NCBI GenBank assembly: GCA_020536535.1
Contig: JAHLWZ010000253.1
Location: forward strand, 101,154 to 165,153
Source of the DNA: Pelomyxa schiedti
Taxonomy: Eukaryota > Protista > Evosea
Direction of reading: 5' to 3'
Length of the DNA: 64,000 nucleotides
The notes under the pieces were generated by a model that saw only the letters and a list, made by a program, of their open reading frames with translations, made no database searches and had not been told where the DNA came from. Both the position numbers and the translations under genes were made by a program. Positions 12,889 through 26,097 of the stretch are shown here, piece by piece. The stretch's first letter is position 1, and each line of letters starts with the position of its first letter.

Positions 12889-12906
12889 TTTTTTTGCTAA
12901 AAAACG

Positions 12907-13671
12907 ATGAGCGAGCCGGTGTTGATGAGGGAGCTACGGGCGCAGGGCGAGCTGTACGAAGAAGACACAGCCAGGCTGCGAGCGCTGCTTGGGGCGATAG
13001 GCGTGGGCGAGGGCGATCTCCCGGCCACCCTGAGGTCTGACCTGCGCGACCTTTCCATGGCCGCCGTGGCGCTGGGCGCGGATTGTGGGACGCCGTCGCG
13101 AATCGCATGCGCCCTGGTGGCCGCGGAAATAGACGGGGCCGAGGCGCGGCTCGACCTCGCGGAGCAGAGGGGCCGGGCCGAGCGCCTGCAAGCGGCCCGG
13201 CGAGAGCACGAGGGGGCGCTGGGGGCCCTGAGGGGCGACTGGGCGAGGGAGATGGAGCGGAGGTACGCGGCCACGCAGGAGGGGGACTCGCGAGACAGGG
13301 CCGCCGCCGTGTACTGCACCACGAAGGCGGGGGAGTATGCGAAGGTCTCGGCGACAATGCAGCAGAAGGTACTTACCTGAATTTCTTTGGTTTTTATTGT
13401 TATTACTTTTTTTTTTTTTTTGTTTTACCCTCGAGGGTGAAAGCTGGCTAGAAGCGGTTATGGGGAAGACATTTGCCATGGGGAAGTTGTGAAACTCAAA
13501 CATAAACTGAGAGAAGCACAATCGCAGCTGAAGCCACTCCTGGATGAACTCAACACATATCACAACTTACCAACAAATTACTCCGAGGCACAAGTGACCG
13601 TGGAACAGCTAAAGCAAGACATTCTCAACCTGAAACAGCAGCTCGAAGCCAATGTCAGTGATTTCATGTAA
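12907..13671 (+). CDS. HAUS1: HAUS augmin-like complex subunit 1-like coiled-coil protein
   Basis: C-terminus LKPLLDELNTYHNLPTNYSEAQVTVEQLKQDILNL resembles the HAUS1 L..Y.DLPP....A...IE..K.EL motif; one intron near 13369-13442. Confidence 0.65.
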
Positions 13672-13893
13672 AGAAGAACCAGGCCTGCCGTTCTGCAACA
13701 ACCTCGCTTCCGTTCTTACTTTCTGAGTGAGCTACCAAAAAAGGCCTACAAATTCTGATTCAGCTCCACGAGGCCACGGATCCCTATTTTCCCCTGTTTG
13801 TTGAGTGTCACCCGCACACAAGCAACAGGCACATTTTGTTCCAAATTGGGGACCTGTTGCGTTTAAAAATATTTGGGAGACAGACCAACACCG

Positions 13894-16273
13894 ATGTCGT
13901 ACGACGGAGCGCGGCGATTTGGGGAAGGCTGGCGCAGCAACTACAATACCAACCAACCACGGCAACAGCAACCGCCCTCGTGGCTGACGACGACGCCTTG
14001 GGCTGCGACACCGTACGACGGCGGCCTGCTTCAGCACCCTCCGCTGCCCGCGATGCCCATGCCGGTGCTCACTAACGGCGGCAGCAGCAACAGTTGGGGT
14101 GCACCTCCGCGTTGGGATAGCACGCAGCAGCAGCAGCCCCAACGAGATCTGGGGCAGCAGCGGCACCAGCAGTATCAGCAACAACAACAGCAGACGAGGG
14201 AGAGGGAGAGGGAGAGGGATACGGCGAGTGGAGGACGGGACGACTGGGGAAGAGACGGCAACAACAATTATGGGTCGTCGAGGGGCTGGCGCGGGGGGCC
14301 TTGTTCGGGCGGGGGCGCCTGCGGCGGGTCATCCTACAATCCGTACACGCAGCGCGGGTACCAGCACCATTACCAGCACCAACCGCAGACCAGGAACCAG
14401 CAGTACCACACACGCTCCCACAATCACCAACCACCGCAAGACCACCAATGCCAGTACCAGTACCACCAACAGCCCTCTTGGGGTGATGAGGACGATTCGC
14501 CATCCCATCCCGCTGTGTCTGCTACCTCTAGTTGTGGTTCTGATGCACCGCGCGACAGCCCGGCTGTTCCCAATGACGATCCGCTGCGGCCTTCGGACAT
14601 TGCCACGGAGGTGGTGCCTCCTGGCCATGAGCAGGCAGAACACAGTGAGCGCGTCGAGAGCGCGTCGAAGCCTGCTGTTAATGTGACGGAACAACCTGCC
14701 GTTGTTCCCACTGGCGATGTTGGAGGGACCGAGGGCGGGGACAACACAGAAATGTCCAGTAAGCTCACTTCGGAGACAAGTGGCCACGGCTCCGAGATAG
14801 TGATGACTGAAATGCCACTTTTCACTCAGATACCTGATCCCGTTTATAATACCTCTGAGGATCTCCATCGTGAGTACGGTGTCGGATTTCGCATGATGTC
14901 AATGATGGGGTGGAAGTATGGAGAGTGTTTAGGTCGAAGTGGTGACGGAATTCTCAAGCCACTGGGAGTTGACCAAGAAATAAGACCAGAGAGGGCGGGA
15001 TTGAAAGATGAAACAGAATCCTTCCCTGAGACGAAAGTACCTTCTTACTATCTGTTTTTTTCCCTTTAAACAACTCCTTGTAGCCATGGAAAGGGGACCC
15101 TGATCAAGAGCCAGAGTGGGCACCTGTAACAGATAACTGGTGCAGTGATCCTGTTGACACTGGCAACAATTCACCTGTACTCAACAACACTTCTTCGCCG
15201 TCCCTATCACCTCCACCAACATTACAACCGATAAATGCACCCTCATCCGATTCTCCTTTTCAACCACACTCAGACATTGTCTCAGCAGTTCATAATGGCT
15301 ATATGTGCTTTGGTCTTGCCTTTTCATATTCCATCCGAGGTCTTCTAGGACTGCCAATGCAATTCTCTCACCAATACAGGCGGACGATTTGCAAGTGTAC
15401 CCAGTGAAATCTCAGTGCATGCATTTATTCCTGGGGAGACAAACGCCACTCTACCAGTATTCCAAAAGTACCTGGATCCACGCCCGTTCATAAAGGGGTA
15501 CATTAGATTAGGCTCAAACAAAGGGAATAACAATTTTCTAGGCATTGCAAAACTCCAGCCTTCCCAGTGTATTTTTCTTTTCAGTTGGGATCTATTACTT
15601 ATTGCAAATCAGTGATGCGGAGAGAAACTTCCCTAGATTACTGGATGAACTCTTGTTATTTTTGAATACTCACAAGAAATATGGTACATTGCCAGTTATT
15701 GTAACAAGGGTATCTTGATTATTTAACTTCTTATTATAACAATACCAAAGCGGTGTGATGAAGAAAGGTGAGTTTTCTCCTTTGCATCCCTTTGAATCTT
15801 AGGTTCTCACAGAGCCTGTCTTCACGCTATAGCTGAACTTGCTGGTATAACTTTTTACTTAAAATCATATTTTTTTGGAGTTAATCACAAACAGGGAGAC
15901 CAGACCCTATTTCCTCACGAATCTTCGCATTAGAGGACCTTGTGTTTTGCATTGCAAAAAAACAGAATATTCCGTTCAAATCGTACCCAGAGCTTCAAAA
16001 TCAAGTTCACATTTCCTATGCTTGTGAATCACAGATCGAAACAAAGTGGAGCTCTCTCCTCCATTGTTTTAACTCGATTTAACCCAACCTAGGTGTGACT
16101 TCCATAAAAAAGCGAGTCACTGCGCCAAAGCTGAATCACGCGCAATACACTCAAGCATCAGCTTCGTACTGCGGAAACTGTCAGAAGATGTTGTGAAAGC
16201 CAAAGAAGGTGACCAACTTTCACAACAAATAGCAGCCTACCTGGAGGCACAAAAGACTCGCAAGTCAAGCTGA
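13894..16273 (+). CDS. G-patch and R3H-like domain nucleic-acid-binding protein (multi-exon)
   Basis: G-patch GVGFRMMSMMGWKYGECLGRSGDGILKPL; later HRACLHAIAELAG (RxxxH, R3H-like); Q/H/G-rich disordered N-terminus. Confidence 0.7.
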
Positions 16274-16327
16274 ACTAAAGAAAACAGAAAAATTGGTAGA
16301 AGCATTTTTACATTTTTTTTTATTGCA

Positions 16328-17669
16328 TCAAAAGGCATGTTCGTGAATGGTTGGTTGTGTCACAAGAACAGAAACCATGTAGCGGTCAAATACAAAGTAA
16401 CGGGCTACATAAATGACTCCCCAAACAAGCCAGAACACACTAATGTACTGAACCCAACCAAACTTCATAGTCTCAAAGAAGCCGGGCTGATAACTGTATG
16501 GTATTTAAGTGGGGAATTGGAGAAGAACTCAACTTACACGACTTTCTGGGGCGGTACGGCTATGAGAAATGACATTGTAAAAGAGGATGTTTGAGGGTTT
16601 GCTGTTGCTGTCGAGCCGTCATAAAGTACTGGATTGTGAGGCTGAGTATTGTACCCTGAGGGTCCCCAGTGTGAATACTTGGGATGGAGTAGTATTGACT
16701 CTAAATATGGTAAAGTTTCACGTGTAAAACTATGTATGTAAACAAGTACCATTTCTTTGAGAATTTAGCATCATCAAATGTGATATTGATGCGTCACTTG
16801 ATGTGCTGGTATCGGAAAGCATACTACCATTGTACACTTTCCGTGTGGCAGAGAGAACTGGTAAGGGTTCTTGTTGCTGTAAATTCATGCTGCCATAGAT
16901 GTCTAGGAACGGTGCTGATGTTGGAAACGATTCGTCTATGAAAAGAGCTCCCTCCATTTGCATTTTAATTCGTTTCTGGGAAAAAGATTATTGACACCGG
17001 TCCATTGTTTGTTACCTTAAGGTTATACTGGAAGAATATTGCTGCATATAGATGATTTACACTTTCTCCTGTTGCCATTGGCATAGAGAGTGACAAAAAG
17101 AACTCGTCCACTAATCCATCAAAATCTTTGTCCACTTCACGGGCCTATAAATAGAAATGTATTCCACTGGAGGCAGTTGCGATATTTTACCTTGACTGCT
17201 GGGGCCCTCTTAGTGCCAGTTACAAGTGACGAAAATGACTTGGACGATGACCAGGTGAGAAAGGTAGCAGGTCCTGATAGTTCCACAACAACCTCATGTC
17301 TAAAATGTACATCGGGTCTCTCATAGTAACTTTCCTCTTTAATCCAAAAAGCTGACTTGTGAGAGAGGTGCGCACCAATTAGTTACAGCAATTGAGGATT
17401 TGTTGGTTGTTTCACTAGTTTGTAGTGTATGATGTTTGCATAGTTGACCACTTCTCAAACTTAAATGCCAAACCAAAGTTTAGCATGGTTTTTAAAACAA
17501 GAGAGCAAAGGGTACAAGGAGTAGCAAAGGCGATGAAAAAAGGCAGAATCCACAGCGCACAGAACAACAAGATGCTAATGCATGCAGCCGAGGAGCCCAA
17601 GGGAGCACGAAACACCCTCGACAATGGCGTCGAGTGCACAACCACAATGCGGCCCAGGGTACCCCCCAT
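16328..17669 (-). CDS. TMEM231: Ciliary transition-zone protein TMEM231
   Basis: HSTPLSRVFRAPLGSSAA..LPFFIAF..FWIKEESYYERPDVHFRHEVVV..; C-terminal FETMKFGWVQYISVF; two TM segments. Confidence 0.85.
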
Positions 17670-18489
17670 TTTAAACTAACCAATCAAACTGCAGGCCTTC
17701 CTCGACCTCTGCCCCTCAGTGTCAGCCTCTGCAGTATAAAGTTTAACGCGGGCGATTCTTGAGTGCGGCTGGGTTTCCTTTGGTCTGGGCAGGCAGGAAA
17801 GAAACACAACAATCATTTCATCACTGAGGATCTGATCAAGGGGCTCTTTTCCCCTTTTCTGCGTAATACCGTCGCGCTTCGGTCTTCTATCGTTTCGTAG
17901 TGAACAGGAGAGAGGAAGGAGGTTGTTGGGTGGAGGGTAAGAGTGAAGGCAGGCCATCTTTTGTGTTGTTGCGCCCACCCGTTGACAGACCACACACCTT
18001 GGGGATAAGTAACCAAGCCAGTTCTCTCCGTGGCAGGGCATTGGTAGAGGATTGGGATTGGGAGAGGGAGGAGATAGAGGAGAGGAGAGCGAAAGGGAAA
18101 GGGAAAGGAGGGCAGGGTGGCAGGGGAATGATGACAACGGAGGGGGGCGGGGTGCCTCCGTTGTGGAGAAACGACGGGTACATAATCCTCGAGAACCACG
18201 TGGGGGTCGTGTCATCCAAAAACACATCGCAGTCTGTGACGGATGACTTGGGTATCGGTGCTTTTTTTGTTCTTTTTCTCTTTTTTTTTTTTCCTTTTTT
18301 TTTTTTTTTTTTGCTTCGGGTATGAGCGATTGGGTGATTTATTCTTCCCTTTTCCACAGTTTATGAGGATGGCTTCGTGATTGAAGAATGGCTTGAAATG
18401 AAAAAAGTGGTATGGATTCCTTTTTGCTAGTATTTCTCCAAAATAATTGTTTGTGTAAGGAAATTTTCTTGGAGGAGGGAAGTAAGTTT

Positions 18490-21400
18490 ATGAATGAGAA
18501 AATCTCCACCCCTGGGAATCCATCCTCTCCCCAGGGCGTAACTCCTGGGGGTGATGTGGAGAAAAAGAAGGTAACTAGGCCACAGTCGTCATCCACTTCA
18601 ACTGCCCCAAGCTTTTTTCAAACACTGCGACGCAAGGCAAGTCTATACCTCCCGTTTACTTCTAATTCCATACAGAATAACGATTTTGTTCGACGAGGTT
18701 CACTTATGTTTTCTCGACCAAAAATCGTTCTCTCGGCGTTAGAAAATCCTGAAACCTCCTTCCCAACAATACTACAGACCCCACAGTGCAAGGATATGAG
18801 AGATGCTGTTGCAAGGCATGTCGACAACCAAATCCACAGTTTTGTAGCTTGTGTGACACTTTAGATTTCAGATTCCTCAATGGTTTTGAGCGAAAGGTAA
18901 AAGGAATGACTCTGGACCAAGAAGCCGAAGTTCTTCGAAATTTCCTTTCTTCAGCAGAGTACACAATGCGTGTGTGCCCGCCATGGAACCATATGCCACC
19001 AGAAAAATTTGTACTTGCAAAAGAGAGCATGAAACGCCATGTGTTTGGGCATCTGTACAACATTGTATTTTTCAACCAGCAGCTTCAGGAGCACGATGCC
19101 AAGTTTACTGAACATGTGGCAAAATTAAAATTAGTGGTCACTCCTGAAACTGTTGAAATTTCCAATTCCGTCGATGATACACTTGTCCAACGAGCAGCAC
19201 AGGGTATTTTTTTTCTGTAAGAATTCTCCTAACAAAACTAGAACTGGAAGGCATGGACACGTTGTTTACACCCTATGAAAAACTTGCCTGCATTCTCAAT
19301 GCTTGTAAAGTTGTACTATGTAGGCAACGAAGTGCCAAACTGTACATTTACTTTAAAAAGTTTCCCTGCAATCCTTTGGCAGTATTGGCGGTGCTGATGA
19401 TTTTCTTCCTTCCATAATATACCTTCTCATCAAGGCAAACCTTCCTCACGTATTTTCAAACACCTCGTATGTATTTTATTTATGGTTTTCACTTCACCTA
19501 TTAACTGCTAAAAGCATGTTTTTGTTGGTTACATAAATTAATCAAATTGTCAATGACTTAGAGAAATAAGGTTCATAGGACGGTTTGCTGGTGTGGAAGA
19601 CAGAAATGATGAGGCTTATTGCTACTATACTCATCTCGTTTCCGCTTCTATGTATATAGAGACAATGCCGGCACCGGCTGAAGCACCCACAGAAACAAAG
19701 ACAGCCGATCCTCAGTATGAAATTGGAATGAGCCATAGGAATAACAATTACAAGGCCTATTGCAATAAGTACTCAGGTTGTGGATCAACCTGCACCTTCA
19801 CAGGGAAGCACGCAGAAGCCGGTTCCTACTCCCGTAGTAAGTCCAGTTTCTACAACAACTCCTGTGGCGCCTACAACTCCAAGCTCTCCAGCACCCTCAG
19901 CTTCTCAACCATGGTCTCACCTGAGACAGATACCATCAAAATAGTCTAACCAAATTTTAGGTTACTTCTAAAGCGCACTCTTTCTCGGATCCAAGACAGA
20001 GCAGCAGCAGAATTTAGTAGTCCGTCACAACGCACTCAAACACCAATTAAAAAACCTGACTCAACACCAAGATCTGAAGCAACACCACTAAAAGCCATTT
20101 CCCCTGTGTCTTTTGAAGATGATTACAATGGTGCACTCCAAATTAATTAACAATTTAATTAATGTAGAAAACAGGTTTGTTTCCCATGCCAGTTACCCTG
20201 GACCTGTTTCCTACTTTATCTCCTTGTAGAATTGGCTTGGACTCTATGGTTTGTTTTCTCTTCATGTAACTCTTTCATTCATAAGCATCCAAAAAAAAAA
20301 GGTTTACTCCATTTCACCTGTTGGAAGAGGTGAAGTATGGGTTGGCTCGTTTGATGGTAAGATACACATTTTTAGAGAGTCAACCGAGTTCGTTTGCACT
20401 GTTCCAATACATCACTCTCCAATACGGTGCATTTGTCCTTCAATTGACAGTGTATGGCTTTCTTCAGATGAAGGAACTTTATATGGCGTGAATGTGTTTT
20501 CTCACCGAGTATCCCAAATGGTATGACAATTTGCAATAACTGCCACTAATAACAGCAGGAATCAGTACATGATAAAAATCACCCTTCTGTTTGTTGTGTT
20601 ATTCCAGTACGTCAGGATCGTACCTCTTGTATTATAGCAAGCATTGCACATTCCCTTACTGTAAAAAGCTCTCAAGTAGCACTCCTCTCTGTTTCCATTT
20701 TCACCCCTCCTGGAAGTTCAAGTGGAAGTAAAGGAATGGTTGTGGCCGTTGTCGTAGTGGACAATATACTTCCTGGGCAAACCGTAACTTGTGCAGTGCT
20801 ACACGACGATACTCTTTGGCTTGGCTGTCTGAGTGGGAAAATTCTTATACTAGAGTCATCAACACTAAATGTTGTGAGAGAAGTTGAACTGTCATCACCA
20901 GAACCTTCAGCAGTGATGTGCATAGTCAGCGGCGAACGAACCTTGTGGGTTGGAACTCAACGCTCTACTTCCATTGTTTCAATTGACGGCAAGACTGGCT
21001 TGCAACTTAGTGTACTTACAACTGTCTCCGATTCCCCCATCCACAACGATGCCGCTCAATACGGAAATTTGCATAGCGGTGGCTCTAGTACTACAATGAC
21101 TCCTTGCAGTATACGAAGTAGAAGCACCAGTAGAGTTGTACTCCCTGGTGCTCATTCAGCTCTCCCAACCGATTTGCCCTCTTCTGTTGGAATAGCGGCC
21201 CTGTGCAAGTACGGACAATTTCTCTTTGCCCTCCCCACAAACGGCGAGCCGATGTGCTGGGATGTCAATACCGGCAGCTTTGCCTGGATGTTTCACAACG
21301 AAGAAAACGACGCAATAGAACCCGGTCCACAAATTGCAACAAGACCCCCTCCCCACACCCAGTCCCCAAGCCCAGCCCGGCGGCCCATTCCATCAACATC

Positions 21401-21740
21401 CACACCAACACCACACAGCACATTACGCAGAAGCAGCCTTACAACACAAACAACTCAGTCATCACACCCAAACGCTAACACAAACAATCAAACCGAGCAC
21501 CGGCACCTGCAACATGAAGCGGAGCAAGAACCACAACAAAAACAACAAACCGCGAAACACAACAGTGACCAAGAGTGGCCGGAAGAACCGCAACATAAAG
21601 ATACAGAACACCCCAACCAAGTCACAGAATGGCGGCCAGCAATGATCCTGCTTGAAAGTGCTGCCCTTGTACAATCAAACCCCATAGCTCTGTGGTGCAC
21701 AACAGCCTCTGCCAACAGTGTAGTTTTAGTATGGAGATAG
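18490..21740 (+). CDS. VPS9-domain Rab5-family GEF with C-terminal beta-propeller-like region
   Basis: TPYEKLACILNACK..GADDFLPSIIYLLIKANLP..EAYCYYTHLVSASMYIE; VWVGSFDGKIHIF, LWLGCLSGKILI repeats; start uncertain. Confidence 0.85.
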
Positions 21741-22323
21741 TGCTAACACCAACATTTCAGTAGGACCTTACTCACGAGGGTAGGTACATAGCCACCCCCC
21801 TATTGTAGTCTAGTGGAAAAATTTTGCACACTTCTGTACAAAACTCATCGGTACTGCACCTAATGTCATTCCGTTGCTTTTTACCGAAAATTGAAGTATT
21901 TCACACTACCTGGTTAAGGGGCATCCCAAAAGTCGGCGAAAAATCCTGTAAAAAGAAGGTGGAATTCTTGATTCAGGGCAGGACGCGGACGTGCACGTCG
22001 ATTGCTGTTCTGCCGGTTAAACAAAATAAAACATCAACCAAAAAAAAGGAAAGGAGATTTCCTTTGGAGCAATTAGATTTTCATAAAATAAAAAAACTAA
22101 TGGACTAAAGGCCACAAGCGCCACACATAAACGTAGAGACGAGTGTATAGAACGAGAACGAGACCCAGAAATCTACAAGTGCTGTTTACGGTCGTAGCTG
22201 CGAATCGCGAGCGAAGACACCGAAACAAAACAGACTGCTCGACGCGCGAGTCAGATCTACGCCCACTTTGCGGCAAAGCTTTGAGGATTGTTGTATTGTA
22301 GAAACCACCGTGATTTTATACAT

Positions 22324-24054
22324 ATGTTGTATGCTCAGCCTAACGCTGCCACTCATGCTGCCACGAGCACGGTGATGGCTGCGGTGCTCTCTGCCGTCGC
22401 TTCTGCGAGGACACCGCCACCGCAACCTATCACCACGACTCCGAATCCTGTGCAGGTATCAACGGCGTCTTATTTCTCCTCACCTTCCCCGTCGGTTTTA
22501 ACAAACTCAGCAACCGGCACCATTCCATTCGGTTACCCTTTGCCGTCGAGGTCGCCGTCGCCGGCACCTCTTTCTCGCTCGTCCACTCCCCTGATCTCCT
22601 CTGTACCCTCCCGTTGCCCCACACCATCTATCCTTGCGTCTCTTCTCCCCCCACGAGCTCCCACTCCTTCATGCATAGTTCCTGGGTACAACCCGACACC
22701 ATCATCGGCATCATTCGCTTACTCACCTTTGTCTTCGAGATCGCCTTCTCCCTCTCCGTCGGTAGCGGCAGTTCCATCTCGAGCCCCCACTCCCGGCATC
22801 CGGTCTTTTTCACCAACTGTGTTGCGAAGTGATTCTGTTTCATTTGGACAGTCGGATAATTCAAAGAAGGCTGCAAGAGAAGACAATTCGGCAGTACATC
22901 ACACCCCTCGTAGCTCGTTGAGCCTCAAGATTGCAGCTATGTCTGAACTCGCCGGTTTGTCTTCCTCACAACTGCCCCATTTCTTATGTTCTTTTAGCAA
23001 CGGCTTCGAGTTGTGTCAAGGAAATTGTACCCCTCTCAGTACCAGCATCTCAGTGTTCAGGAGGGGTTTACTTTATACGGTCACCACAGGGACACAAGGT
23101 TGCAGTTTTCAAACCCTGTGACGAAGAACCTGGTGCTCCAAATAACACGCACTCTCAAAGTATACTTTTTTCAACTCCTAAATTGAACTCACATGAATGA
23201 AAGAACTACGAAAAGGATTCGTCCCTGGAGAAGGAGCACTGAAAGAAGTCATTGCCTATGTTTTGGATCATGACGGCGTGGCTGGTGTGCCACCTACTGT
23301 GCTAGCCGACTTGCCGGCTATGCAATTTGCCTGTTCTCAAATTATGAGAAAAGGAGTACCACTTCAACGTGGTTCAGTGCAGCAGTTCATCAACCAAGCA
23401 CACGATTCCTGGGATATTGGCCCGCAAGTCTTTCCCGAGGAACAAGCTCAAGCCATAGCCTTGTTGGATTTGCGGTTGTTGAATGCTGACCGGCATGGAG
23501 GAAATATCCTCGTACGCTTTGAACACAAATACGATGATGATATGGGTGAAGACTCCGATGACGATAACTGGTGGCGCAGGCATTCAGGACAAAAACCAAC
23601 CTTGATTCCTATTGATCACGGCTTTTGTCTGCCAGGCTACCCGGAAATAGGCAAGTCCTGGTTTGAGTGGTCTTCTTGGCCACAATGCCGGCGGCCTCTA
23701 ACACGCCGATTGGTGGAGTATGTTGCCACTCTTAATGGTGATAATGATGCACGCGTCGCCCGTTCTCTAGGCCTTAGAGAAGCCTGCTGTACTACTTTGA
23801 GGATAGGCACTCTTGTGGTCAAGAAGTGTGTGCTTGCAGGCCTCACTCTGTGTGATATTGCCAACCTGGTCTGCCGTGAAAAAGAAGATGATACCCCTTC
23901 TCGCCTGGAGGTGTTGTGCGCTGAGGCAGAGAGGTGCGTAGTTGGGAGGCAACACTGTGGAGGAGGGAGTGTGCGCGACGCCCAGTATGTAGCTCTCATG
24001 CTGGCGGAGCTAGATAGATTGCTAACCACAGAACTGCGTGGGCACTGCTACTAG
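22324..24054 (+). CDS. Type II phosphatidylinositol 4-kinase (plant PI4K-gamma-like)
   Basis: SGGVYF..VAVFKPCDEEPG, GEGALKEVIAYVLDH..GVPPT, GSVQQF, DLRLLNADRHGGNILV, LIPIDHGFCLP. Confidence 0.92.
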
Positions 24055-24175
24055 TACCCGGCTGGTATCTCGTCGAGCAAGCGATGGTGTAAAATAAAGC
24101 CTGTGTTGTGCAACTTACTCATAATAGAAACCCCAAACACCCCCCTTTACCAGGATTTTGTTATCCTTTTAGACG

Positions 24176-25901
24176 TCAACACAAAGCCAACAACACAACG
24201 ACCACCACAAGCCCAAAGTACACGGGATTTATTGTGCTGGCTCCAGAACTGTCTCCTCCCACGCACTCCTTGATTGCGTCCTGCAGTTCCCACCCCGGGT
24301 TCTCGTCCGCCACGAACTCATAGGCTCCAACTGTTGGTGTTGAGGCACTCCGGTCGAGGCAGTTGAAGTCCTGGTCTGACCAGCCGCCTTGTCCGGCATC
24401 AATTAGGTCGCTGCCAGTCACAGGATACACAGACTGTGTGTCATCGCCTTAAAGAGGCATTAGTGAGAGTGTTTCTGGCGATGGAAGAGAGAAATCACCG
24501 ATTGTTTCTTCAATGCTGGGAACTAGGAATGCGCCGGAAGAGGTAATGGAACTGGGGACTGAGCCACCAAGGTAAGCGTTGTAGAACCAAGAAGCTCCGG
24601 TTTGGTCATCTGACATACAAATAGCGGTGGAACTTGGGCACAGGAACGCATTGTTTGCAACGGAAAATGTGTCAATGTTGTATGACCAGGAGGAACCGTA
24701 CAGGCAGCAGCTGGAGGTCTGCGTTGAGCGCCTTATGGTATTATGCACAATTGTGATGTTTCTGGGTTGCTGCCCCGATTGCATATCATGATTGTTAATC
24801 ATAATTCCGTGAGCCGCGCAGTCTAACACGATGTTGTTGGCAATGACTGCGCCGGCTGCTGCCTGAATGGCGCAGTCCTGAGAATTCATAGCAAGGTTTC
24901 CTAAGATGTAGTTGGTGCCTCTGTTCCAGTCATCGTAAAGGAGAATGCAAGGCCCCCTGGTCCGGTCACAAACATTGTTGACAACATAGTTGCTGTACGA
25001 CCCAGTCTTGATCTGAAACCCACCTGCGTGATTGAGTGACTTCCAGTGGGGGAAGAAAGGGGTATCCTACTTCCGAGACTGCCTGATGTGGCCAGAGTTG
25101 TATCGTGACAATAGTTATATCGGAAGATAGTGTGATGGGTTGTGCAGCCTCCTCCCACACATCCAAAGTAAAAGCACTCTCCAGTGCCATCTCCAGTGTT
25201 ATAAATCTCGCAGTACTGCATTTACAGTTACTCCAGCCGGAACTAATTATATGATACCTCAACGATAACATTGGAGCATACTGTTCCGCCATCATTGCAA
25301 CTTACAGCTGTCTCAGCAGTGTCGTGAACAAGAAGGTTGTGCAGAGTGACGTTGGTGATTCCACGCAAGGAATTTCCGTATCCCAATCGTAGACCTTTGC
25401 TACCTCCTGTTCCATAAATTACTTAGAAAACTTCATAGGAAAATTAAAAGGACGACCTGTAAATTCGAGGTCCGAGAGGACGAAATTATAACCATCAATA
25501 TCCATGATGTTCTGATTTTCATTTGGCCTGTAGATAATAGCCCGAGTTGAGCTCCCAGGTTGTGTGCCAATGGTAATTGGGTTTTCCCACGTGCCCTGTA
25601 TTCATAACTCAGTAAGACTACATGCATAAGAAAGGTACGTCTAAAGAAAGACCGAGCCTGGATGTGGTTGAATATGTGCCTGGTGCAAAATATGCCGTGT
25701 CTCCTGCCTATGGGACAATGATAAGTAAGGTAATTTGTTTACACTAATTTCGAATGCACGAGGCTTTTATTATCTCTTGTGTGTCACCTGCAAAGAGGTC
25801 AGAATGGATTGCCAATTAGAAGTGGCATTGATCATGTATGTTGTGCCCTCACAAAGGCCAGCAGCCAAAATACACAACAGAAAGTTGACACAGGCCCCCA
25901 T
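24176..25901 (-). CDS. Secreted/GPI- or TM-anchored right-handed parallel beta-helix (pectin-lyase-like fold) protein
   Basis: Signal peptide MGACVNFLLCILAAGLCEG; AGDTAYFAPGTY; repeated NN/HDT ladders; GSDLIDAG..VGAYE motif; hydrophobic C-terminus. Confidence 0.8.
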
Positions 25902-26097
25902 TGTGTCCTTCCTTTTTTTTTTTCCTTATTTATTTCTTCGTTCGCCACGCCGTTCTTTTTTTGTGCACATCACTGTGCATTTTGCCTAGATTTGTTGATG
26001 GTGCATGTGTTTCGGAAGGGCGTTCGGATAAACAAAAAGCAAAGTTTGTGTTTTTTATTCTGGTTTTTGGAAAGGACTATTTCACAAAGGGGGCCAT

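Noticed and set aside
17676-18357. Several overlapping 130-180 aa ORFs between TMEM231 and the VPS9 gene
   Set aside because: Purine-rich low-complexity divergent-promoter/UTR region; could hold a small upstream VPS9 exon but this is unsupported
23197-23200. ATGA stop/start overlap resembling translational coupling
   Set aside because: It lies inside a 44-nt GT-AG intron (23160-23203) whose removal joins the PI4K frames
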